The notes below the pieces were generated by a model, which was not told the origin of the DNA, made no database searches, and was given only the letters and a program-made list of their open reading frames with translations. Positions 54,139 to 64,000 of a stretch of 64,000 nucleotides of DNA are shown here, piece by piece. The DNA comes from Opitutia bacterium. Lineage in GTDB: Bacteria > Verrucomicrobiota > Verrucomicrobiia > Opitutales > Opitutaceae. Position 1 is the stretch's first letter; every line of letters starts with the position of its first letter. Made by a program: the position numbers and the translations under genes. The stretch is taken from contig CANJVR010000001.1 in the NCBI GenBank assembly GCA_947478395.1, positions 352,001 to 416,000 of the forward strand, written 5' to 3'.

Positions 54139-54459
54139 ATGTACAACACCACGGGCTTTTCGCTCACCGGGTTTCGAGTGACCAAGGAATTCGGCACGGT
54201 TCGCGGCATCGTTGTTCGCTCCCGCTCGGTCATCGGCAACATCGGCGCCAGCATCCAGACTTTGTTCGGTGGCGACATCACGATCTACACCGAATTATGC
54301 GAACGCGCGCGGCAGGATGCGTTCGAACGGGTGTGCTCGCACGCCGTCGCCTCGGGCGCCAATGCCATCCTCGGACTGCGCTACGATGCGACCGAAATTT
54401 CCCCCGGCGTGACCGAAGTACTTTGCTACGGGACCGCCGTGCTGGTCGTGCCCGAGTAA
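54139..54459 (+). CDS. YbjQ/UPF0145 family (putative heavy-metal-binding) protein
   Basis: GTVRGIVVRSR, FGGDITIYTEL, GANAILGLRYD, YGTAV. Confidence 0.92.
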   Translation: MYNTTGFSLTGFRVTKEFGTVRGIVVRSRSVIGNIGASIQTLFGGDITIYTELCERARQDAFERVCSHAVASGANAILGLRYDATEISPGVTEVLCYGTAVLVVPE

Positions 54460-54489
54460 TCGCTCCGCCAACCGGCGCGTTTCATTTCG

Positions 54490-56496
54490 ATGGATTTCTT
54501 TGAAGCCCAAGCCCGGGCGAAAAAACGCACGTCGCGCCTCGTCGCACTCTTCGCTTTCGCGGTGATCGGAACTATCGCGGCCGGCTACTTCGGTACGATT
54601 TTCCTCACCAAGTCTGTCCCGGGAAAAACCGTTCGTTATCGCGACCGCTACGGCCATATGCGGGTGGAATATCTGCCCGACGCCCAGCGTGATTTTTCGC
54701 TGTGGCAGCCGCGCACGCTCGCGTTCGTGTCGCTCGGCACCCTCGTGGTCGTTGGCCTCGCCTCGCTCTATAAGTGGAACGAATTTTCCGGCGGCGGTGC
54801 CGCCGTGGCCGAGAGTGTAGGCGGAAGAAAGGTCGATCCCCATACGACCGATCTGGCTGAACGCCGCCTCCTAAACGTTGTCGAAGAAATGGCCCTCGCC
54901 TCGGGCGTACCGATGCCCGGCGTGTTCATCCTCGAAAACGAACCCGCCATCAATGCCTTCGCGGCCGGCCTCACCACCAGCGACGCCGTCGTCGCCGTCA
55001 CCCGTGGCACCCTCGACAAACTCACCCGCGACGAGCTTCAAGGCGTAGTGGGTCACGAATTCAGCCATATTCTGAACGGAGACATGCGCCTCAACATGCG
55101 CCTTACCGCGCTGGTGTTTGGCATTCTCGTGCTCGGACTCGCGGGCCGCGGCCTGCTGTGGTCGCTGCGTTACGCCAACATCAGCAGCTCCCGTGACCGC
55201 GACGGCAAGAGCTCTAACAATATCATTTTCGTTCTCGGCGCCATCGGCGTTGGCCTGCTCGTAATCGGCTACGTGGGCTATTTTTTCGGCCGGCTCATTC
55301 AAGCCGCGGTCTCACGTCAGCGCGAATTCCTCGCCGACGCCTCCGCCGTCCAGTTTACGCGCAATCCATCCGGTTTAGGGGGCGCGCTCAAAAAGATCGG
55401 CGGTCTCGCCGTCGGCTCCTCCCTGCAATCGAACAAGAGCGGAGCCATCGGCCATTTCTTCTTCGCGCAAAGTTTCCGCTCCAACTTCGGCGGTCTTTGG
55501 GCCACGCATCCTCCCCTGACGGAACGGCTGCGAGCCATCGAACCCAATTTCGACGGACATTTTATCGAGCCCCCCGAATTGGTCGATGTCGCCCACGAAT
55601 CGTTCGTCACTGCCGGCCTCGTCGCCCCCAGACGCAACCAAGGCCCCCTTCCACCTCAACTCGAAACCCTAAATTCAAAACTCGAAGCCGCCGCGGCGTC
55701 CGCGACCGCATCGGTCGGCACACTGACCCCCGCCCTCCTCGCCGACGCACAGGATCTCATGGCGTCCTTCCCGCGCCGGCTTCTCAGCGCCGCCCATTCT
55801 CCAGACGAAGCCCCGTTTTTAGTCTATGGGTTGCTGCTCGACTCGAACCCTGACGCACAGCGGAAGCAGCTCGCCTTTATCGCCAGCCGCTCGGGCGGTG
55901 AAGCTCGGCGAATCCTGGAAGAATTGCGTTCGCCGCTGCGAAACATTGGCGCCGCGGAAAAACTCCCGCTCCTCCAACTTACCCTGCCCGCGCTGAAATC
56001 GATTCCGCCATCCGCGCTCGGGCCGTTTTTTGAAACGCTCGACGAACTCGTTCACGCGGACGGACGCGTTTCCCCCTTCGAGTTCGCCCTCCAAAAACTT
56101 CTTCTCCGTGAGCTCGCGCGGAGCCGTTCGCCGGCCGCGCCGATCGTTCAGATTTTTTCGTTCCAAGCCGTGGAGGCTGAGATCAGCGTGGTGCTTTCGG
56201 TGTTGGCCCACGCTACGTCCGCCGATCCCGCCGCCGCGTTTGCCGTGGGCGCCGCTCAACTCAAAGCAATCGAGAGCCGCCTAAGCGAACCCACGACCGC
56301 CGCCGATCTCGCCGCGCTCGATGCCGCACTCGATAGGCTCGCGAGCTCGAGTCTGCCCATCAAGCAGCGCCTCCTGCACGCCGCGGTGGCGGTTGTCCTT
56401 GCCGACGGTGAAGTTCACATCGACGAATACGAACTCCTCCGCGCCATCGCTGCTACGCTCGATCTTCCGCTCCCGCCACTCGCAAAGGGCGCCTGA
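54490..56496 (+). CDS. M48 (HtpX-like) membrane metalloprotease with C-terminal TerB-like domains
   Basis: INAFAAG, GHEFSHILNGD (HExxH), SRQREFLADA, THPPL; C-terminal ADGRVSPFE and ADGEVHIDE. Confidence 0.9.
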   Translation: MDFFEAQARAKKRTSRLVALFAFAVIGTIAAGYFGTIFLTKSVPGKTVRYRDRYGHMRVEYLPDAQRDFSLWQPRTLAFVSLGTLVVVGLASLYKWNEFSGGGAAVAESVGGRKVDPHTTDLAERRLLNVVEEMALASGVPMPGVFILENEPAINAFAAGLTTSDAVVAVTRGTLDKLTRDELQGVVGHEFSHILNGDMRLNMRLTALVFGILVLGLAGRGLLWSLRYANISSSRDRDGKSSNNIIFVLGAIGVGLLVIGYVGYFFGRLIQAAVSRQREFLADASAVQFTRNPSGLGGALKKIGGLAVGSSLQSNKSGAIGHFFFAQSFRSNFGGLWATHPPLTERLRAIEPNFDGHFIEPPELVDVAHESFVTAGLVAPRRNQGPLPPQLETLNSKLEAAAASATASVGTLTPALLADAQDLMASFPRRLLSAAHSPDEAPFLVYGLLLDSNPDAQRKQLAFIASRSGGEARRILEELRSPLRNIGAAEKLPLLQLTLPALKSIPPSALGPFFETLDELVHADGRVSPFEFALQKLLLRELARSRSPAAPIVQIFSFQAVEAEISVVLSVLAHATSADPAAAFAVGAAQLKAIESRLSEPTTAADLAALDAALDRLASSSLPIKQRLLHAAVAVVLADGEVHIDEYELLRAIAATLDLPLPPLAKGA

Positions 56497-56777
56497 CTTC
56501 CTTCGCGGCGCGTCGGTCATGGGAATTTTTCCAATCCGGGTATTCGCGCCTTGGACCCATCCCACGGTATTTTGAAAGCGGCCGCGCCCGACGGAATGTC
56601 ACTTAATAAGTGACATTCCGCTGTGTTCGCCGCGACCGTCGATTGAGTCGCAGGCGCGAAGCGCGTGATCAGAAAATCCGTCTTTCGCTTCGGCGCCTCT
56701 TCCCGTACTGCTGATGGAAACCACCGCTGTATGGCGGCGTCTTCTCGCGTATGTTGCACTCTTCCCACGAACCCCAC

Positions 56778-58247
56778 GTGTCCGATCACTCGCATCTCGA
56801 CCAGCGCTGCCACGGCATCTCCACCGATCTCGAGGATTATTTTCTCACCCGTCGTCAATTTCTTTCCCGCGTCGGCATGGGTGTTGGTGCCCTCGGTTTG
56901 GCTTCACTGCTCCCGCAATCCCAACTTTTCGGGGCCGCCGCCTCCACGTCCGCGCTGAATCTCGGCCCTAGTCCCCTGCTTCCCAAGCCGCCCCACTTTC
57001 CCGGCAAAGCGAAGGCCATCATCCACATCTTCGCGCAGGGCGCTCCTTCGCATGTCGACACGTGGGATCCCAAACCAGCCCTGACTCGGATGAACAGCAA
57101 GACGCTGCCGGACGGCGGTATCGCGATGGGCTCGCCGTTCACTTTTTCAAAATACGGCCAGTCGCAGCTCGAAGTGAGCCAGGTGTTCGCTAAAACCGCC
57201 GCGCACGCGGATGACCTCGCCGTGATTCGCTCAATGTGGACCGATATTCCCGCGCACGACGTCGCGACCGTGTTCATGAACACCGGCTCGCTCCGCATCA
57301 TCAAGCCCAGCATGGGTTCGTGGCTCGTCTACGGCCTCGGCACGGAAAATCAAAATCTCCCCGGCTTCATCGCCCTCCGCGGCGGCAAATTGCCCACCGG
57401 CGGGTCGACCAACTATGGCTCGGCTTTTCTGCCTGGCACATTTCAAGGCGCCTCGGTCAACACCACGGCGCAGTCCGTGCAGCAGATGATCCAGAACATC
57501 CGCAATAGTTACGTGCCACCCAAGGAACAGCGGCGCCAGCTGGACTTCGTTCACCAGCTCAACGAGCTCCACGCGGAAAATCTGCAGCGCGAGTCCGCCC
57601 TCGAAACCCGGCTCGAATCGTACGAGATCGCTTTTCGCATGCAGACGGAGGCGACCGACGCGTTCGACATCTCCAAGGAATCCGCCGAAACTCGCGCCGC
57701 CTATGGCGTCGCCGATCGTCCGCGTCCCGGTGGTGGCGATCAAGGCAAGCAACTCTTGATTGCCCGCCGTCTCGTTGAACGCGGGGTTCGCGTGGTGCAG
57801 GTCTGGCACGATGGCTGGGATCATCACCAAGACCTCGAAGACCGCTTGACCGCCAAAGCCGGCGAAATCGACGGGCCGCTCGCCGCTCTCATCGGCGACC
57901 TTAGGCAGCGCGGACTGCTCGACAGCACTCTGGTGGTATGGGGCGGCGAGTTCGGCCGCAAATCCACCAAGGATCGAAACGGTTACGACAACCCCGGGCG
58001 CGATCACAACGCCAAGGCGTTCTCAGTCGTGATGGCCGGCGGAGGCGTCAAGGGCGGCACCGTCTATGGCGCCACCGACGACTTCGGCAGCGCGGCGGTG
58101 ACCAACAAAGTCCACGTGCACGATTTGCACGCGACGATGCTGCACGCCATGGGCCTCGATCACACGAAGCTCACCTATCGTTTCAACGGCCGCGACTTCC
58201 GCCTCACCGACGTCGCCGGCGAAGTGGTGAAACCCATTCTGGCCTAA
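56778..58247 (+). CDS. DUF1501 family Tat-exported protein
   Basis: Twin-arginine TRRQFL, GAPSHVDTWDPKP, RRLVERGVR, WDHH, GGEFGR, GRDHN, RLTDVAG; probable GTG start. Confidence 0.9.
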   Translation: MSDHSHLDQRCHGISTDLEDYFLTRRQFLSRVGMGVGALGLASLLPQSQLFGAAASTSALNLGPSPLLPKPPHFPGKAKAIIHIFAQGAPSHVDTWDPKPALTRMNSKTLPDGGIAMGSPFTFSKYGQSQLEVSQVFAKTAAHADDLAVIRSMWTDIPAHDVATVFMNTGSLRIIKPSMGSWLVYGLGTENQNLPGFIALRGGKLPTGGSTNYGSAFLPGTFQGASVNTTAQSVQQMIQNIRNSYVPPKEQRRQLDFVHQLNELHAENLQRESALETRLESYEIAFRMQTEATDAFDISKESAETRAAYGVADRPRPGGGDQGKQLLIARRLVERGVRVVQVWHDGWDHHQDLEDRLTAKAGEIDGPLAALIGDLRQRGLLDSTLVVWGGEFGRKSTKDRNGYDNPGRDHNAKAFSVVMAGGGVKGGTVYGATDDFGSAAVTNKVHVHDLHATMLHAMGLDHTKLTYRFNGRDFRLTDVAGEVVKPILA

Positions 58248-58294
58248 ACGGTCGCGGTGCATCGCAACTGCGCCCGCAAAAACCCAAACGCGCC

Positions 58295-60892
58295 ATGTCA
58301 TCCCATTTCTCCAAAACGTCGCCTGCTCCCAACCCTCGCCCGCGCCTCGTTTTCCCGCTCCTGCTCGGACTTATTCTCACGACGTCCGCCTCGCTCCGCG
58401 CGGCGAACGCCGCGCCGGCTCCGACGCCCACCCTTTCCCCGGCCGACACCGCTTTTTTCGAAAATAAAATCCGGCCGGTCCTCGCGCAGAACTGCTTCAA
58501 GTGCCACAGCCACGACGCCGACCGGGTGAAGGGCGGTCTGCTGCTCGACTCCGCCCAAGGCCTCCTCGCCGGTGGCGACACCGGTCCGGCGATCATCCCC
58601 GGCCGACCCGATGCGAGTATTCTGATCAAAGCGATCAGCTACAAGGACGAGGAACTGCAGATGCCGCCGAAGGAAAAACTATCCGACGCGCAAATTGCCG
58701 ATCTCACCGAATGGGTCCGCCGGGGCGCCCCCGATCCCCGCAAGATCGCGTCGAAAACCAACGCCCCCGCTTCCGGCGGCGTCGGCAAAAATCACTGGGC
58801 TTTTCAGCCGGTGAAAAAGACCGCCGTGCCCTCCACCGCTACACCGGCCGACGCCGCGTGGTGTCTGACCCCGGTCGACAACTTCATTCTCGCGAAGCTC
58901 GAGGACCACGGCATGACGCCCAACCCTGCCGCCGATAAACGCACGCTCATCCGCCGCGTGACCTTCGATCTCACGGGTCTGCCGCCCACCGATGCGGAGA
59001 TCGCACGGTTTCTTACCGATCCCTCCGCCGATGCGTACCCCAAACTCGTCGACCGCCTGCTCGCCTCCCCCCACTACGGCGAACGCTGGGGTCGTTACTG
59101 GCTCGATGTGGTGCGCTACGCCGACACGAAGGGCGACGCCAAAGGCCGCGAAGATCTCCGATACCCTCACGCGTGGACTTACCGCGACTACGTGATCGAC
59201 GCCTTGAATCAGGACAAGCCGTACAACGAGTTCATCATCGATCAACTGGCCGCCGATCGCGTACTCGACGAGAGCCTAAAAAAAGCCCGCGAGAAAAATC
59301 CGACCGCCGCGCCGGCCGTCGATCAGCGTTCGCGCGCCGCGCTGGGCTTTCTTTCGCTTGGCAACAAATTCGATGGCAATGTGAACGACATCATCAACGA
59401 CCGCATCGACGTCACCTGCAAAGCGTTCCTCGGGCTCACCGTCACCTGCGCCCGCTGTCACGATCACAAATTCGATCCCATTCCGACGAAGGATTACTAT
59501 TCGCTCTACGGTGTCTTCGCCAATGTCGTCGAACCGAAGTTTTCCCGCGAGCAGCCGACGCTGTTCACCCGGGTTCCCAAGACCGCCGACTTGATCGACT
59601 ATCTGGCAAAAGCCGACGCGCTCAAAAAGCGGCAGGACGATCTTCAAGCCGAGATCGCAGCGGCACCTAAAGGCAAGAACGTCGATCGCGCGAAACAGAA
59701 AGAATTCAGGAACACCGAACAGCTCATTCAGCGCGAAACAGCCGATCTCGAAATCACCCACCCCGGCGCCCCCGCCCGCGCCAATGTCGTGGACGATGTC
59801 CCCCGTTCCCGCGACTACCCCGTGCTCCTGCGCGGTGAAGCCCAGAACAAAGGCGACGTCGTTCCGCGGCGTTTCCTCGAGGTACTCTCGCCCGATCCCA
59901 AGAAGCGGCCTGAGTGGCACGACGGCAGCGGACGCCTCCAGCTGGCGATGGCCATTGCCGATCCGAAAAATCCGATGACCGCGCGCGTTCTCGTGAATCG
60001 CGTCTGGCAGCAACACTTCGGCGAAGGCTTCGTCGCCACGCCCGACGACCTCGGCAATATGTCATCCCCGCCCACGCATCCCGAATTGCTGGATTACCTG
60101 GCCACTCGTTTCATCGAGGGCGGCTGGTCCATCAAGAATCTCCACCGACTGATCGTCCTCAGCGCGACGTATCAGGAAAGCACCGTCAACAACCCTAAGT
60201 TCGCGGAACAGGATCCGAACAACCGCTATCACTGGCGCGCCAATCTCCGTCGCCTCGATTTCGAGGAGCTGCATGACTCACTCCTCGCGATCGCCGGCAC
60301 GCTCGACCCCAAAGTGGGCGGCAAATCGATCCCGCTGGGCAGCGAGGAATTCGCCACCCGTCGTGCGATCTACACTTATATGGACCGGCACAATCCGCCG
60401 GAATTGCTCACCCAATTCGATTTTCCCAATCCGGATGTGCCGAGCGGCCGTCGGTACGAAACGATCGTTCCCGCCCAAGCTCTGTTTCTCATGAACAGTC
60501 CGCTGGTCGTCGAAACGGCGCGCAAACTCACTCATCGCCCGGAATTCGCCGACTTAAAAACCGACAGCGAACGCGTCACGTCGCTCTACCTCGCCATCTA
60601 CCAGCGCCCACCCACGCCGAGAGAAATCGAACTCGGAGTCGGCTACGTAAAAGCCAACCCCGCCGGCAAAGCCCTGGATCTGCCCATACCCATCGCGATG
60701 GCGAACGCTCAAGAGGCCCGCCGAAAACAGCGACTCGCGCAACAGGCCGCCGCCGGTGCCGGCAAAGGCCGCGCGCCGGATAACCGCCCGCCCGGCGGTT
60801 TCGCCCTCAACGATTCCCACGCCCCCGAGGACGCGTGGACGAAACTCGCCCACGCTCTCTTCCAAACCAACGAGGCGATGTTTCTGAACTAG
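58295..60892 (+). CDS. Planctomycete cytochrome c + PSD2 (DUF1549) + PSD1 (DUF1553) protein
   Basis: FFENKIRPVL..CFKCH, HWAFQP, YGERWGRYWLDVVRYAD, CARCHDHKFDPI, TARVLVNRVWQQHFG, PTHPELLDYLA; start ATG 58295. Confidence 0.92.
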   Translation: MSSHFSKTSPAPNPRPRLVFPLLLGLILTTSASLRAANAAPAPTPTLSPADTAFFENKIRPVLAQNCFKCHSHDADRVKGGLLLDSAQGLLAGGDTGPAIIPGRPDASILIKAISYKDEELQMPPKEKLSDAQIADLTEWVRRGAPDPRKIASKTNAPASGGVGKNHWAFQPVKKTAVPSTATPADAAWCLTPVDNFILAKLEDHGMTPNPAADKRTLIRRVTFDLTGLPPTDAEIARFLTDPSADAYPKLVDRLLASPHYGERWGRYWLDVVRYADTKGDAKGREDLRYPHAWTYRDYVIDALNQDKPYNEFIIDQLAADRVLDESLKKAREKNPTAAPAVDQRSRAALGFLSLGNKFDGNVNDIINDRIDVTCKAFLGLTVTCARCHDHKFDPIPTKDYYSLYGVFANVVEPKFSREQPTLFTRVPKTADLIDYLAKADALKKRQDDLQAEIAAAPKGKNVDRAKQKEFRNTEQLIQRETADLEITHPGAPARANVVDDVPRSRDYPVLLRGEAQNKGDVVPRRFLEVLSPDPKKRPEWHDGSGRLQLAMAIADPKNPMTARVLVNRVWQQHFGEGFVATPDDLGNMSSPPTHPELLDYLATRFIEGGWSIKNLHRLIVLSATYQESTVNNPKFAEQDPNNRYHWRANLRRLDFEELHDSLLAIAGTLDPKVGGKSIPLGSEEFATRRAIYTYMDRHNPPELLTQFDFPNPDVPSGRRYETIVPAQALFLMNSPLVVETARKLTHRPEFADLKTDSERVTSLYLAIYQRPPTPREIELGVGYVKANPAGKALDLPIPIAMANAQEARRKQRLAQQAAAGAGKGRAPDNRPPGGFALNDSHAPEDAWTKLAHALFQTNEAMFLN

Positions 60893-61108
60893 ATAGCGGC
60901 GCGACCTCGCTCCGGTCGCGTCTCACCACCGTCATCACTCCCGTCTAATCCGCGGACCTTTTGGCCCCAAGAAAGACGCACCCGATGAGCACGCCGGAGC
61001 CAGCGGAGATCTTTGCAACTTTCCGTGACTGAAATTCCGAAGTCGGAAATCTGGCCCGCGCGAAAGCCGCCGACGGTCTCACGGTCTACGGGTTTAAACA
61101 CGCACCCA

Positions 61109-62392
61109 TCAGATTTTCCGCCGCAACACCGCGCCGCCCTTTGTCGCGTCGTATGCTCCATCCCACTTCGCCACCACCAGCGTCGCCACGGCGTTGCCAA
61201 TGAAATTCGTAACCGCCCGCGCTTCCGACATGAAACGGTCCACCCCCAAAATCAGCGCCATGCCCTCGATCGGCACGTGCTTCGTCGCGCCCAACGTCGC
61301 CGCCAGCGTGATGAAGCCGGCGCCGGTCACCCCGGCCGAACCTTTCGACGTAATCAGCAACACACCCAGCAAGCCGAGCTGTTGGGACAACGATAGCGAC
61401 GTGTCCGTGGCCTGTGCCACATACAGTGCGGCGATCGTCAGGTAAATCGACGTGCCGTCTAAATTAAACGAGTAACCCGCCGGCACCACGATCCCCACCA
61501 CGGGACGCGCACAGCCCGCGTGTTCCATTTTTTCCATGAGACCAGGCAAGGCGGACTCTGAAGACGAAGTGCCCACGACGATGAACAGCTCCTCTCGGAT
61601 CAGTTTCACAATTTTCAATAGGCTGAATCCGTTGAGCCGCGCGATCGTTCCCAGCACGATCACGATAAACAGCCCGCAGGTCAGATAAACGCAGGCCAGC
61701 AAACCCGCGAGCGAGCGCAACGAACCAAGGCCATATTTTCCAACGGTGAAAGCCATCGCGCCCAACGCCGCCAGCGGCGCCAGCTTGGTCACGATCGAAA
61801 CGATCCCGAAAATCACCCGCGAAACCTCGTTGATCAGATTCATCACCGGCCGGCCGTGTTCGCCGATTTTCCCCAGGGCGATTCCAAAAAGAATCGCGAG
61901 CAGGAGGACCTGAAGAATTTCCCCCTCGGCAAATGCGCCCACAAACGTGTTCGGAATGATGTGGAGGAAAAACTCCGTCATCGACTGCCCTTCCGCCGCT
62001 TTCGTGAAGCCCGCGACGGACTTCGCGTCGAGCGACGCCACGTTGGCGTGCACGCCGGCGCCGGGCTTAAATACGTTCGCGACAACGAGCCCGATCACGA
62101 GCGCCAGGGTCGAAACGATTTCAAAATAAAGCAGCGCCTTGGCCCCGACGCGTCCGACTTTTTTCAAGTCGCCCATGCCAGCGAGCCCGACGACGACGGT
62201 CGCGAAGATGATCGGCGCGATCAGCATCTTCACGAGCTTGATGAAACCGTCGCCCAGCGGCTTGAGCGACGTCCCGAATTCCGGCCACACGTGGCCCACG
62301 GTCACGCCAATCGCGATCGCGACGAGCACCTGCAAATAAAGGGTACTGCGTTTCGGCGGCGAGGCATCGGCCACGGCGGGAGCGGGGTGCAT
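61109..62392 (-). CDS. dctA: C4-dicarboxylate:H+ symporter (DAACS family)
   Basis: [58 protein letters not shown]. Confidence 0.93.
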   Translation of the reverse strand: MHPAPAVADASPPKRSTLYLQVLVAIAIGVTVGHVWPEFGTSLKPLGDGFIKLVKMLIAPIIFATVVVGLAGMGDLKKVGRVGAKALLYFEIVSTLALVIGLVVANVFKPGAGVHANVASLDAKSVAGFTKAAEGQSMTEFFLHIIPNTFVGAFAEGEILQVLLLAILFGIALGKIGEHGRPVMNLINEVSRVIFGIVSIVTKLAPLAALGAMAFTVGKYGLGSLRSLAGLLACVYLTCGLFIVIVLGTIARLNGFSLLKIVKLIREELFIVVGTSSSESALPGLMEKMEHAGCARPVVGIVVPAGYSFNLDGTSIYLTIAALYVAQATDTSLSLSQQLGLLGVLLITSKGSAGVTGAGFITLAATLGATKHVPIEGMALILGVDRFMSEARAVTNFIGNAVATLVVAKWDGAYDATKGGAVLRRKI

Positions 62393-62628
62393 CGCTCAAC
62401 AATGGAGCGGGCGCATGCGGAGACGTCAAAAACTTTACGGATCGGGATCGACACCTAGGGCGGACGGCCCCGGCTCGCCGCGCGCTCGGTTTGTGCTGGT
62501 TCGCCGCGGGCGATCAGGCCGCCTCCCGTTCACGAGATGATCAGGCTGACTGACCCACGAAGATACCTTGGATTCGCATTTAACAATCGGCCCGCTTTCC
62601 GGCTGCATGCGTGGCAACGTTCAACCCC

Positions 62629-63375
62629 ATGAAATTTCCCGCACTGGTCGTTTTTCTCAGCGCATTTGTTTTTCATCTCGCGGCCCAGCCGACACCCGTG
62701 CCGGTCGCCCCACCCGTCGCGTCTTCGGCTGATGCCGGTTTTGTGGCCATCTTCGACGGTCACACGCTCGCAGGTTGGGAGGGCGATCCCAAATACTGGC
62801 ACGTGGAAAACGGCTGCATCGTCGGCGAAGTCACACCTGAAACGATTCTAAAGCAAAATACGTTTATCATCTGGCGCGGCGGCGTCACCCGCGACTTCGA
62901 GCTCAAGGTGCAGTATCGCATCACCTCGCACGGCAACAGCGGCATCAATTACCGCAGTACCGCCGTGCCCGACGTCCCGCTCGCCCTGCGTGGCTACCAA
63001 TTCGATATCGACGGCCTCGAGCGCAACAAGCCGCCACTCCGGCACACCGGCCAGAATTACGAGGAGCGCGGCCGTACTTTTCTCGCCCGGAGAGGAGAAG
63101 CCGTGCACATCGACGACTCGGCCAAGCCCGCGGTGATCGCTTCGCTCGGCGACACCGCCGCGCTCACTAGCTTCATCAACAACGACGGTTGGAACGACGT
63201 TCACATCATCGCGCGCGGCAACGTGCTCACGCACATCTTAAACGGCCACGTGATGAGTATCACCATCGACGACGATGTGAAAAATCGCCGCGCCGACGGT
63301 CTGCTCGGGGTGCAAGTTCACGTCGGACCACCCATGAAGGTAGAGTTCCGGGATTTCCGGCTGAAGGCGTTGTAA
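62629..63375 (+). CDS. DUF1080 (3-keto-disaccharide hydrolase-like) exported protein
   Basis: Signal peptide, FDGHTLAGWEG, DFELK, NSGINYR, WN, QVH, VEFRDFRLK. Confidence 0.88.
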   Translation: MKFPALVVFLSAFVFHLAAQPTPVPVAPPVASSADAGFVAIFDGHTLAGWEGDPKYWHVENGCIVGEVTPETILKQNTFIIWRGGVTRDFELKVQYRITSHGNSGINYRSTAVPDVPLALRGYQFDIDGLERNKPPLRHTGQNYEERGRTFLARRGEAVHIDDSAKPAVIASLGDTAALTSFINNDGWNDVHIIARGNVLTHILNGHVMSITIDDDVKNRRADGLLGVQVHVGPPMKVEFRDFRLKAL

Positions 63376-63391
63376 CGCCGAACCGAGCCGC

Positions 63392-63531
63392 AATAGCGGT
63401 TCAAATTTTTCCGCTACCGTTTTGGGTGGCGGCAGGCGTCTCTGCCTGCCGAGTTCGGTGTCCTCGTTGCGACAGGCTGGGCCGCCTGCCACTGCGGCGC
63501 TAGCAGCGGCGCTTTGGTTTAAACCGCTCTC
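63392..63531. repeat. Composite MITE/REP-like element, copy 3 (degenerate)
   Basis: TAGCGGTTCAAATTTTTCCG..GTGGCGGCAGGCGTCTCTGCCTGCCGAGTTCGG..TTTGGTTTAAACCGCTCT, colinear with copy 1. Confidence 0.75.
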
Positions 63532-63565
63532 CGCCTCCACGCTCACTCGCTCGCGCCGACACCGG

Positions 63566-64000
63566 TCACGTCTTGTCGGCCACGAACGCTTCCATCTCTG
63601 CCCGAGTCACGCTGTAGCGCGCGGCGCAGCGCGGACACCTGATTTCGATTTTAACCTCCCCGGCGAACAATTCCGCTGCGTCGCTACGCATTGCGGGCGA
63701 GAGGACCTCGAGCATGCGCTCCTGATTACAGCCGCAATGCCAGCGCACGATCCGAGTTTCCAGGGGTGAAAGCGTTTCCGTCTTATCCAAGTCACGGACT
63801 TGCTCTGTCGTCAGACTGCGCAGCCAGCCGAGATCGCTGTCGGGGTGCTCGACGACCAACGCGAATTCCTCCTCTTCCGTTTGAAAATACCGGCCCAGTC
63901 GCTGCTCGCTCTGGGCATAGAATTTTTCCACCGCCAGCAGCGGATCGCCCCCGGTGAAATTCACGGCGCTGCGCCGTTTCGGTTCCCGGCCTCGAACGAC
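63566..64000 (-). CDS. hslO: Hsp33 redox-regulated chaperone, C-terminal part (start beyond window)
   Basis: YAQSEQ motif and C-terminal CxC ... CxxC zinc switch (WHCGC..IRCPRC). Confidence 0.85.
   Translation of the reverse strand, partial: VVRGREPKRRSAVNFTGGDPLLAVEKFYAQSEQRLGRYFQTEEEEFALVVEHPDSDLGWLRSLTTEQVRDLDKTETLSPLETRIVRWHCGCNQERMLEVLSPAMRSDAAELFAGEVKIEIRCPRCAARYSVTRAEMEAFVADKT

Noticed and set aside
60893..60922. GCGACC..GGTCGC hairpin after the PSD gene (also the REP-like remnant near 62455-62530)
   Set aside because: Too short or degenerate to assign to a repeat family from this window alone.

Overview
High-GC window of a PVC-superphylum bacterium, most likely Verrucomicrobiota class Opitutae. 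This is inferred from the Chlamydia-like RNR, the planctomycete-type EF-Tu, the DUF1501/PSD cytochrome pair and the gene order. About 35 kb (14.3-48.8 kb, minus strand) is the core translation/transcription superoperon: tRNA-Thr, tuf, tRNA-Trp, secE, nusG, rplKAJL, rpoBC, rpsLG, fusA, and the S10, spc and alpha clusters. The left flank holds nrdAB, recQ, an aroB-lpxA-pdxA-iscA-infC-amidase-S1/P1 nuclease run and a PepSY-TM gene. The right flank holds a TPR/ExbB/ExbD/TonB-like cluster, LemA-YbjQ-M48, DUF1501 + PSD1/PSD2 cytochrome c, dctA, DUF1080 and partial hslO. I found no rRNA, CRISPR, transposase or prophage. Most interesting signals: (1) a class Ic (Mn/Fe, tyrosyl-radical-free) NrdB with a triple-ATP-cone NrdA; (2) a catalytically degenerate adenylate-kinase-like gene in the adk slot; (3) an L10-leader-like RNA placed before rplL instead of rplJ; (4) heptamer-periodic inverted repeats at several r-protein gene junctions; (5) a composite TAGAGCG-ended MITE/REP element between convergent genes; (6) an ExbD with Asn at the essential Asp position; (7) a secreted-protein gene inside the S10 operon; (8) a pervasive SD-less 'CC-ATG' start context. 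All calls come from reading the sequence by eye; no searches were run.
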